Shown here in pieces: positions 49,613-57,486 of a DNA stretch of 64,000 bases (position 1 is the first letter of the stretch; each line of letters opens with the position of its first letter). The notes beneath the pieces were generated by a model that saw only the letters and a program-made list of their open reading frames with translations, had not been told where the DNA came from and searched no databases. A program made the translations under genes and the position numbers. Source of the stretch: Bacteroidia bacterium (lineage in GTDB: Bacteria > Bacteroidota > Bacteroidia > B-17B0 > Aurantibacillaceae). The stretch lies in NCBI GenBank assembly GCA_044360115.1, contig JBIKKW010000001.1, positions 6,123-70,122 of the forward strand, in the 5' to 3' direction.

Positions 49613-49689
49613 AATAACCCTGTTTGTTAATTGCGCATGTGTTTAAAGCAACATGGTTATTTCATTTGAAATTAATTTGTGCTAAAGTA
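49613..49689 (-). promoter_or_regulatory. Leader motif copy 2
   Basis: Minus-strand TACTTTAG (49689-49682), ATGAAATAA (49665-49657), inverted repeat AATAACCCTGTT/AACATGGTTATT. Confidence 0.5.
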
Positions 49690-49705
49690 CAAAAAATTTA
49701 ATCTA

Positions 49706-50884
49706 TTAGTCAATTCGGTTAATGGCAATTTTGTTTTGCTTTAATTCCTGTATCAAATTATGAACTTTTGCCGAATCGCATTGCAAACTCTCTTCATAAA
49801 AATGTTTGTCGTCAAAGTTGTAATACACAAATACCAGATCGGTGTTTAGCCCTTCCACATTGTATTGCAGGTTTACCACTTGCGAAAGTAAAATTTGTTT
49901 CCTGTCCCAGCGCTTGGCAATAAAATAACCTTTGGTGATGGTAATGGTTTTTTGATCTGCCTCCAGTTCAATAAAATTATGTTCAAGCCGGAAATAAAAA
50001 AACAAAGTGATCATGAATAGTATCAAACTCGGACCGGTAAAAAAACCGATCTTAATTGCTGTGATGAGCATTATGGCTGCGCTAATGATGATCAGTGGAA
50101 TAGAGGATTCACTTTTAATATCCTGCTTAACTTTACAAGAATTCAACGGGCTTAATATCGTATTCTTTTCAACCAAAATTTGCTCGCGTATATCGATCTT
50201 TGTTTTTTCATTTAAGGTGCATTGATTCAACAATACGGCTGTGTTATAGAAGAGATGCGGATAGTGGTCTTTTATTTGTTGTGGCGATTCAAAGAAATGT
50301 TCGAAACAAACACTGGTAAATTCATGAATATTTGCACCACCATAGCTTCTAAAAATGCTTTCTTTACCTTGCTTGATATGCGCGTAAGCCTCATAGGCAG
50401 TGCCTAACCAGCGTATGAAAAAATATTTCATGTAGTAATCCTGTTCATTACCCCTGATGCCATTGAACCTCAGCGCATGTGTAAATTCATGAATACCTAA
50501 ATTGATGTTGTCATGCGGATCTTTATACCCGTTGATGAAACTTAACCAACTAAGACGAATGTGTCCTTGTAAGTTGGTCTCGCCTTTGAATTGCAAATTG
50601 GTTTGCTGATCGGTATAGATGCGCGGATGAATGATGATGTGTAAAAAATAATCGTAATCCCAGGTATCTAAACCAAGTGTTAATTGAACGGCACTTGCAG
50701 AAACAATGGCCTTTACTTTGTTATTGATCTGAAATCCATCTGCACCAATGATCACTTTTGAATTCATGAAATAAATGGCTCGTTGAACAAATTTGCGCTG
50801 CCATTTAACATCTAAAGTGTTGTAATAATAAAAATACTGCCTGTAAAAAGCATCTAGTTCGCTATCGTTCAAGGCAATATCCAT
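49706..50884 (-). CDS. MtfA-like zinc peptidase (M90) with C-terminal membrane hairpin and soluble tail
   Basis: VSASAVQLTLG, NLGIHEFTHAL (HExxH), YGGANIHEFTSVCFEHFFESP. Confidence 0.85.
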   Translation of the reverse strand: MDIALNDSELDAFYRQYFYYYNTLDVKWQRKFVQRAIYFMNSKVIIGADGFQINNKVKAIVSASAVQLTLGLDTWDYDYFLHIIIHPRIYTDQQTNLQFKGETNLQGHIRLSWLSFINGYKDPHDNINLGIHEFTHALRFNGIRGNEQDYYMKYFFIRWLGTAYEAYAHIKQGKESIFRSYGGANIHEFTSVCFEHFFESPQQIKDHYPHLFYNTAVLLNQCTLNEKTKIDIREQILVEKNTILSPLNSCKVKQDIKSESSIPLIIISAAIMLITAIKIGFFTGPSLILFMITLFFYFRLEHNFIELEADQKTITITKGYFIAKRWDRKQILLSQVVNLQYNVEGLNTDLVFVYYNFDDKHFYEESLQCDSAKVHNLIQELKQNKIAINRID

Positions 50885-50915
50885 GGGCTATCCAAAAAAT
50901 AAATATAAAAAATTA

Positions 50916-50945
50916 TTTGTGGATTGTAGGAAAAACATATCTTTG
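50916..50945 (+). promoter_or_regulatory. Bacteroidota sigma70 promoter
   Basis: TTTG at 50916-50919, 18-nt spacer, TATCTTTG at 50938-50945. Confidence 0.75.
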
Positions 50946-50967
50946 TTATCCCAAAAAAATTAGAAAA

Positions 50968-51516
50968 ATGATCGATCTATCAGGATTTATTTCAATTACA
51001 GGCCAACCCGGTTTGTACAAAATTGTAGCACAAAGCAAGAATGGTATTATTGTAGAAGGCTTAACAGATAAGAAGCGTGTGAATGTATATGCTACAACAA
51101 AGGTTTCAACTTTAAGTGACATCAGTATGTTCACAACGGGTGATGATAAGCCATTGAACGAGATCATGACCGCTATTTTTGAAAAAGAAAAAGGTGGCGC
51201 AGCAGTTGATCACAAAGCAGACGATAAAGCTGTTGAGGCTTATTTTGGTGCAATATTACCTGATTACGATAAAGAGCGTGTTTATGTAAGTAACATGCGC
51301 AAATTATTTAGCTGGTATAATATTTTACAAAGCACTGGTAACTTAAAAACTGAAGAAGAAAATAAAGAGGGCGCTGAAGATAAAGCAAAAGCATTAAAAG
51401 CAACTGACGAGAAAGCAAAAGCTGCAAAGAAAACCGTTGCTAAAGATACAGGTAAAGCAAAAGCTGTTGCGGGTGTTAAGAAAACAACCGGCGTTAGAAA
51501 AACAGGAACTGCTTAA
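50968..51516 (+). CDS. DUF5606-like conserved Bacteroidota protein
   Basis: SITGQPGLYK...LPDYDKERVYVSNMRKLFSWYN; ATG at 50968 lies downstream of the promoter. Confidence 0.85.
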   Translation: MIDLSGFISITGQPGLYKIVAQSKNGIIVEGLTDKKRVNVYATTKVSTLSDISMFTTGDDKPLNEIMTAIFEKEKGGAAVDHKADDKAVEAYFGAILPDYDKERVYVSNMRKLFSWYNILQSTGNLKTEEENKEGAEDKAKALKATDEKAKAAKKTVAKDTGKAKAVAGVKKTTGVRKTGTA

Positions 51517-51538
51517 TTATAACACATTCTATAAAAAC

Positions 51539-51563
51539 AAAAGCGACCTACTTGGTCGCTTTT
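51539..51563. terminator. Bidirectional intrinsic terminator
   Basis: AAAAGCGACC-TACTT-GGTCGCTTTT. Confidence 0.85.
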
Positions 51564-52135
51564 TTATTTTGTAAAAAACTAGTTACAACTGCTTCGGCTT
51601 TCACAAAGGCGTCTTCGAGCACTTCGTTCAAAATAAAACAATCAAAAAGTTCGGCGGTCTTTAATTCTTTTTCGGCTTTAGCTACACGGCGTGCAATACT
51701 TTCGGGGCTGTCTGTACTTCTTGAATTTAAACGCTCCTCTAATATTTTAATGCTTGGGGGCATTACAAATACAGATAAAGCATTTTCTTTGAACTGATTT
51801 TTTAAATTCAAGCCGCCCTCAACATCAATATCAAAAATAACGGCTTTACCTTTTGCCCAAATGCGCTCAACCTCACTGCGAAGCGTTCCGTAGTAGGCAC
51901 CGGCATATACTTCTTCCCACTCTAAAAATTCTTTGTTGGCTATTTTTTGCTTGAACTCTTCAAGTGTAAAATAATAATAGTCTTTACCGTTCTCCTCTAC
52001 TCCTCGTTTAGCACGACTTGTAGCTGAGATAGAAAACTCTATTTGATCGGAAAATTTACTTAATAAATGGCGCACAATGGTTGTTTTACCTGAACCCGAT
52101 GGGGCAGAAAATATGATCATTTTACCATTTGCCAT
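51548..52135 (-). CDS. gmk: Guanylate kinase
   Basis: APSGSGKTT, SATSRAKR, YYGTL, DIDVEG. Confidence 0.97.
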   Translation of the reverse strand: MANGKMIIFSAPSGSGKTTIVRHLLSKFSDQIEFSISATSRAKRGVEENGKDYYYFTLEEFKQKIANKEFLEWEEVYAGAYYGTLRSEVERIWAKGKAVIFDIDVEGGLNLKNQFKENALSVFVMPPSIKILEERLNSRSTDSPESIARRVAKAEKELKTAELFDCFILNEVLEDAFVKAEAVVTSFLQNKKATK

Positions 52136-52213
52136 GCGTAAAGATAAATAAAATTTTTAAAGCGACTGAAAGTTGCTTGGTATTAGTGATCGCAAGATGA
52201 CTGGATGATCGGA

Positions 52214-52549
52214 TCAATCTTCAATAATAACCTTGTATCTGCTTTTAGGTCTTGGCTTGCAGTTTGATTGGATCTTCTCAATAAAAAACTGTTTGGTATT
52301 TACATTCAGTAAAATATATCTGAATTCGTTCAGTTCTTGTCCTTTAATGGTTAACGAACTTTCGCTTCCATTAAAAACTATTGAAAACACATAAGATTTT
52401 ATTTCGCAGTTAGTAGGAATGTCCTTAAGGATATCTGCCAATTTGCCGGCCTTTTCAATTTCCTTTCGTTTGATCTTAACCACCTCTGCCTTCTGTGAAT
52501 ACATAAATGCGGTCAACAAAATGAAAACAATAAACAGTTTTAGTTTCAT
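52214..52549 (-). CDS. Small secreted hypothetical protein
   Basis: Likely start MKLKLFIVF at 52549 with signal peptide. Confidence 0.7.
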   Translation of the reverse strand: MKLKLFIVFILLTAFMYSQKAEVVKIKRKEIEKAGKLADILKDIPTNCEIKSYVFSIVFNGSESSLTIKGQELNEFRYILLNVNTKQFFIEKIQSNCKPRPKSRYKVIIED

Positions 52550-52674
52550 TGATTGATCAACTATAAAATAAAAATGGCTGCAACGATCATGATCACGATG
52601 ATCACCAGATATTGCCAAATATCAGGGAAGTAATCAAAAAACTTTTTCCAGTTATTGGTTGGCTCACTCATTAA

Positions 52675-53427
52675 TTACCATTTTGCATCGGGCAACATGC
52701 GTGGCAATGCCTGCATTTCCGACAACAAATAACCTAAATGCTCGGTATGAACACCTTTACGGCCACCGGTTTGCATAAATGTATTTTCAGGAATTGTTAC
52801 GTTTGCTTTTTGCAACAACTCGGTAATTTCTTTTTCCCAAGCGTGTTTCAATGAACTAAAATCAACCGCAATTCCTTCCTTTACTAATTTCAGATCATCG
52901 TCTGTTGTTTCAAACAACTCGCCTGTATATCGCCACAGCTCGTTCATGGCAGTTTGTAAACGTGTTTTACTTTCTTCGGTTCCATTACCAAAACGGTTTA
53001 CCCAACTGTGCGAATGACGTTTGTGATAAGTGATCTCTTTTAATGATTTAGCAGCAATGCCCGCCAATGTTTCATCTTTACTTTTTGCCAATTGTGAGTA
53101 CAACAAGAAATCAAATGAATCAATGAAAGCCTGGCGTAAAATGGTTTTTGCATAATCGCCATTTGGTTGCTCACATATCAAACAATTGGTAAAGTGTCTT
53201 TCATTTCTGAAATACGCCAGATCATCCTCTGTGCGGCCTTTATCTTCAAGCTTTGCAGCGTATTCCAATAAGGCCTTTGCCTGGCCAAAAATATCTAAAG
53301 TAACATTCGTTAGCGCCAGATCCTCTTCCAAAAACGGTCCGTGTCCGGTCCACTCGCTTAAGCGTTGCGCCAGTACCAGCGCGTTATCGGCTAACTTTAA
53401 AGTATAGTTATATAATTCGTTATTCAT
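52675..53427 (-). CDS. paaC: 1,2-phenylacetyl-CoA epoxidase subunit C
   Basis: LADNALVLAQRLSEWTGHGPFLEEDLA, KEITYH, HTEHLGYLLSEMQ. Confidence 0.95.
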   Translation of the reverse strand: MNNELYNYTLKLADNALVLAQRLSEWTGHGPFLEEDLALTNVTLDIFGQAKALLEYAAKLEDKGRTEDDLAYFRNERHFTNCLICEQPNGDYAKTILRQAFIDSFDFLLYSQLAKSKDETLAGIAAKSLKEITYHKRHSHSWVNRFGNGTEESKTRLQTAMNELWRYTGELFETTDDDLKLVKEGIAVDFSSLKHAWEKEITELLQKANVTIPENTFMQTGGRKGVHTEHLGYLLSEMQALPRMLPDAKW

Positions 53428-53437
53428 TTAAAATGCA

Positions 53438-53725
53438 TTACATGTGTCCAACACCATCCGGTATTTGGTAAAAAGTAGGGTGACGGAAAATCTTATCGTT
53501 ACTTGGTTCAAAAAAACTTCCTTGATCTTCGGGACTGCTTGATACGATATTGCTTGAAAGCACTACCCACAAAGCCATTCCTTCACCACGGCGGGTGTAT
53601 AGATCGCGTGCATTTTGCAATGCCATTTCTTTATCAAACGCGTGTAAATTACCACAATGTACAAACGGTTGTCCCGCTTTTTTTTGTACAAACACTTCCC
53701 ACAAAGGTCCTTGACTATCTGCCAT
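53438..53725 (-). CDS. paaB: 1,2-phenylacetyl-CoA epoxidase subunit B
   Basis: WEVF...HCGNLHA.D.EMALQNARDLYTRRGEG...YRHP-like motif. Confidence 0.95.
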   Translation of the reverse strand: MADSQGPLWEVFVQKKAGQPFVHCGNLHAFDKEMALQNARDLYTRRGEGMALWVVLSSNIVSSSPEDQGSFFEPSNDKIFRHPTFYQIPDGVGHM

Positions 53726-53746
53726 ATTCTTTTTTTATAAAATTAA

Positions 53747-54685
53747 TTATGCTGCTACTTGCGATTCGTTTTGCTTACGTGCGAACTCAGCCGCTGCTTC
53801 GCGCACCCATGCACCATCTTTATGCGCTTTGTTTCGCGCATCTAAACGCTCTTTATTACAAGGGCCGTTGCCATGGATCACATTTTTAAACTCCACCCAA
53901 TTTGGTTCGCTGAAATCGTATCCTTTTTTTGATTCGTTCCATTTCAAATTCTTATCAGGGCAGGTTAAGCCTAAATATTCAATTTGAGGAATGGTTTGAT
54001 TCACGAAACGCTGACGTAACTGATCATTGGTTTCGCGTTTAATGCGCCATTTGATCGCGTTATCGCTATTAGGACTTTCTGAATCGGGCGGACCAAACAT
54101 CATTAAAGTTGGGAACCACCAGCGATTTAAGGCATCCTGAGCCATTTCTTTTTGTTCAGGCGTACCAAAGGCTAATTTGGTCATAACCTCATAACCTTGA
54201 CGTTGGTGAAAACTTTCTTCCTTACAAATTCTAACCATAGCACGAGCGTATGGTCCGTATGAAGTACGCTGTAACATTACCTGATTCATAATAGCAGCGC
54301 CATCAACCAACCAACCAATAGCACCAATATCGGCCCAGGTTAAGGTAGGATAATTAAAGATAGATGAATATTTTGCTTTGCCGGTGTGTAATGCATCTAA
54401 CAACTCATCGCGACTAATACCCAATGATTCAGCAGCGGTATACAAGTATAAGCCGTGTCCGCCTTCATCTTGCACCTTAGCCAATAGCACCAGTTTAGCA
54501 CGTAGGCTTGGAGCGCGGGTTATCCAGTTACCTTCAGGCAACATCCCCACTACTTCGCTGTGTGCGTGTTGTGAAATTTGGCGGATCAAATGCTTGCGAT
54601 AATTTTCGGGCATCCAATCTTTTGGCTCGATCATGTCATTCTTAGCTAATTTAGCTTCAAATGTTTCTTCAAAATTTACACTCAT
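53747..54685 (-). CDS. paaA: 1,2-phenylacetyl-CoA epoxidase subunit A
   Basis: [31 protein letters not shown]. Confidence 0.97.
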   Translation of the reverse strand: MSVNFEETFEAKLAKNDMIEPKDWMPENYRKHLIRQISQHAHSEVVGMLPEGNWITRAPSLRAKLVLLAKVQDEGGHGLYLYTAAESLGISRDELLDALHTGKAKYSSIFNYPTLTWADIGAIGWLVDGAAIMNQVMLQRTSYGPYARAMVRICKEESFHQRQGYEVMTKLAFGTPEQKEMAQDALNRWWFPTLMMFGPPDSESPNSDNAIKWRIKRETNDQLRQRFVNQTIPQIEYLGLTCPDKNLKWNESKKGYDFSEPNWVEFKNVIHGNGPCNKERLDARNKAHKDGAWVREAAAEFARKQNESQVAA

Positions 54686-54819
54686 TGCTTTTAGAATTTT
54701 ATTTCTAATTCAACAAATATAAGGTTTAAAGGTTTTTGAAACAAGTAATTAGATAATAGCCATGAATTGAGAATTTTATTGTAGTTGGTGAAAACACCCA
54801 TAAAATCTTAGCCAAAAAA

Positions 54820-54908
54820 GCCACAAATTGCACTAATTAATCAAAACAAAAGGTGATAATTCTTCAAAACCAATTGTTTGCTTTGTAATAATTCGTGAGA
54901 TCAGTGGT
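54820..54908. repeat. Imperfect inverted repeat with 9-nt internal periodicity (MITE-like remnant)
   Basis: GCCACAAATTGCACTAATT (54820-54838) versus AATTCGTGAGATCAGTGGT (54890-54908); 13/19 complementary. Confidence 0.45.
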
Positions 54909-54914
54909 TTAATA

Positions 54915-56876
54915 CTATACCACCTTCTTCTTGTGCTTCACCACTTCTGTGATGATCTCGCGGGTAGCTTGTGCGATGGCGCTTGGCGAATAGCCGCACT
55001 CTTCATATAATTCAGACGGCTCACCGTGTTCAATGAATTTATCAGGAATACCTAAACGTTTTACGTGTGCAGCATACTGGTTGTCGGCCATAAATTCCAA
55101 TACCGCGCTTCCCATACCGCCCATGATACAACCGTCTTCAACAGTAATAACCTTATCAAATTTGGTGAATACCTCGTGTAATAATTCTTCGTCAATTGGT
55201 TTTGCAAAACGCATATCGTATTGCGCTACCGAAATATTTTCTTTCTCTAATGCTTGAATGGCTTCAGTAACAAGGTTTCCGGCTGTGCCAATCGAAACAA
55301 TGGCTACATCTTTTCCATCTTTTACTTTTCTTCCCTTACCGATCTCAATTTTCTTGAAAGGTGTTTTCCATTCTACCATCACACCATTTCCACGCGGATA
55401 ACGGATACTAAAGCAACCCGGCGTTTCATCCAGTTGCGCTGTGTACATCAAATTACGAAGTTCTTCTTCGTTCATTGGCGCACTCACGATCATATTCGGG
55501 ATGCTTCTGAAATACGCGATATCAAATGCACCGTGATGTGTTGGTCCGTCTGCCCCCGCAATTCCTCCTCTGTCTAAACAAAAAATAACCTTTAATTTTT
55601 GAAGTGCCACATCGTGCACAACCTGATCATAGGCGCGTTGCATGAAGGATGAGTAAATGTTACAAAAAGGCGTTAAGCCCTGTGTTGCCAATCCGGCGCT
55701 GAAAGTAACGGCATGTTGCTCGGCAATACCCACATCAATTGCTCTGTCGGGCATGGCTTTCATCATGATGTTCAATGAGCAGCCACTAGGCATAGCAGGG
55801 GTGATACCCATTATCTTCGGGTTCTTTTCTGCTAATTCAACTATGGTGTGCCCAAATACATCTTGGTACTTTGGGGGTTGCGGATTTTTTGGAGTTACTT
55901 TAATGATCTCCCCTGTTTCCTTATTGAACACGCCCGGCGCATGCCACACGGTTTCATTACCTTCCTCCGCAAATTTATATCCCTTGCCTTTTTTGGTTAG
56001 AACGTGTAATATCTTTGGGCCCGGAATATCTTTAATATCATTTAAAATGGATGCCAAACGCTCTACATCATGGCCGTCAACCGGACCAAAATAGCGGAAC
56101 TTAAGCGATTCAAACATGTTGCTTTGTTTGAGTAACGATGTTTTAACCGCATTCTCAATTTTTGAAGCGATCTCTTGCGCGTTTGGTCCGAATTTGCTGA
56201 TCTTACCCAACAATTCCCAAACCTTATCTTTTGCTTTGTTATATGTGTGTGATGTAGTAATGTCTGTCAAATACTCCTTTAAAGCCCCAACATTAGGGTC
56301 GATAGCCATACAGTTATCATTTAACACCACTAATAAGTTTGCATTCTCAACACCGGCGTGGTTCAAGGCTTCAAACGCCATACCCGCTGTCATAGATCCA
56401 TCGCCTATCACGGCAATATGTTGTTTATCTTTAATGCCTTGGTATCTGCTGGCAACAGCCATACCTAAAGCCGCACCAATACTGGTAGACGAGTGGCCAA
56501 CACCAAAGGTATCGAACTCACTTTCGGAGCGCTTTGGAAAACCACTAATGCCTTTGTATTTGCGGTTGGTATGAAACACATCGCGGCGACCGGTAAGTAT
56601 CTTATGCCCATATGCCTGATGGCCCACATCCCAAACCAATTGATCGTATGGGGTATTAAAAACGTAATGTAAGGCAACGGTTAACTCAACCACACCCAAC
56701 GATGCGCCAAAGTGCCCGCCTTTAACAGAAACCAGGTCGATAATAAATTGCCTCAACTCATTGCTAAGCTGCGGCAATTGCTCTTTTGTAAGCTTTTTAA
56801 GGTCATCCGGACTATTGATCTGAGCCAATAGATCTCCGGGAATAAAGCCTGGTCCGTCTACAATTTTCATTATCAC
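54915..56876 (-). CDS. dxs: 1-deoxy-D-xylulose-5-phosphate synthase
   Basis: WDVGHQAYGHKILTGR, GDGSMTAGMAFEALNH, DVGIAEQHAV, DGPTHHG. Confidence 0.98.
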   Translation of the reverse strand: MIMKIVDGPGFIPGDLLAQINSPDDLKKLTKEQLPQLSNELRQFIIDLVSVKGGHFGASLGVVELTVALHYVFNTPYDQLVWDVGHQAYGHKILTGRRDVFHTNRKYKGISGFPKRSESEFDTFGVGHSSTSIGAALGMAVASRYQGIKDKQHIAVIGDGSMTAGMAFEALNHAGVENANLLVVLNDNCMAIDPNVGALKEYLTDITTSHTYNKAKDKVWELLGKISKFGPNAQEIASKIENAVKTSLLKQSNMFESLKFRYFGPVDGHDVERLASILNDIKDIPGPKILHVLTKKGKGYKFAEEGNETVWHAPGVFNKETGEIIKVTPKNPQPPKYQDVFGHTIVELAEKNPKIMGITPAMPSGCSLNIMMKAMPDRAIDVGIAEQHAVTFSAGLATQGLTPFCNIYSSFMQRAYDQVVHDVALQKLKVIFCLDRGGIAGADGPTHHGAFDIAYFRSIPNMIVSAPMNEEELRNLMYTAQLDETPGCFSIRYPRGNGVMVEWKTPFKKIEIGKGRKVKDGKDVAIVSIGTAGNLVTEAIQALEKENISVAQYDMRFAKPIDEELLHEVFTKFDKVITVEDGCIMGGMGSAVLEFMADNQYAAHVKRLGIPDKFIEHGEPSELYEECGYSPSAIAQATREIITEVVKHKKKVV

Positions 56877-57015
56877 AAATATACTAAATTTAACTAACGA
56901 AAGTTGGGCTTTTTATTGCCTGTTAATCGTTAAAATACATTAATACAACAACTTAAGCGGGGTTTTGTTTTAGGTTTACAAATTTTGACCTAATTCACTA
57001 AGTTCATTTACCAAA

Positions 57016-57125
57016 GTCATGCTGTTCCAATAGTTCTCGGGGCTAATTCAGCATCTCAATTCTTAGCTGATTATTGAGTGCTGAGACCCTGAAACAATCC
57101 CGAAATCTATCGGGACAGGGTGACG
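57016..57125. repeat. Inverted doublet of GTCA/CGTC-type REP-like palindromes, each with an inserted hairpin
   Basis: Left GTCATGCTG...CAGCATCTC (57016-57057); right GAGACCCTGAAACAA-TCCCGAAATCTATCGGGA-CAGGGTGACG (57083-57125). Confidence 0.7.
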
Positions 57126-57251
57126 ACACATGCATTAAACGGATCACAGAAACCAACCTTTGTGCCTTCGTGTCTTTGTGGCTAATTCAAAATACCACAA
57201 TTAAGGTATTTCAAATAATGATGGTTTTTTGGAGCTTTACGAAGTAAAATT

Positions 57252-57482
57252 ATGGAAAAGCACTTATCTGAATTAAAGCCCGGCGAAAAAGCGATCATTA
57301 AACTGATCGAGGATACGCCATATCGCTCAAAATTAATTGAGATGGGCTGTTTTCCGGGCGAAGAGCTGAGTGTAGCCATGGTGGCTCCTTTAGGGTGTCC
57401 GTTTGCAATTTACGTTTCGGGTTACGAACTTAGTCTGCGTAAAAACGAAGCCAAACATATTTTGGTTGATACTCTAAACTAA
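57252..57482 (+). CDS. feoA: Ferrous iron transport protein A
   Basis: KLIEMG...APLGCP...LSLRKNEA. Confidence 0.95.
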   Translation: MEKHLSELKPGEKAIIKLIEDTPYRSKLIEMGCFPGEELSVAMVAPLGCPFAIYVSGYELSLRKNEAKHILVDTLN

Positions 57483-57486
57483 AGCG

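Noticed and set aside
52186-52620. GATCA/GATGATC-rich patches on both sides of the small secreted ORF
   Set aside because: Only short imperfect matches in a GATC-rich genome; no defined arms.
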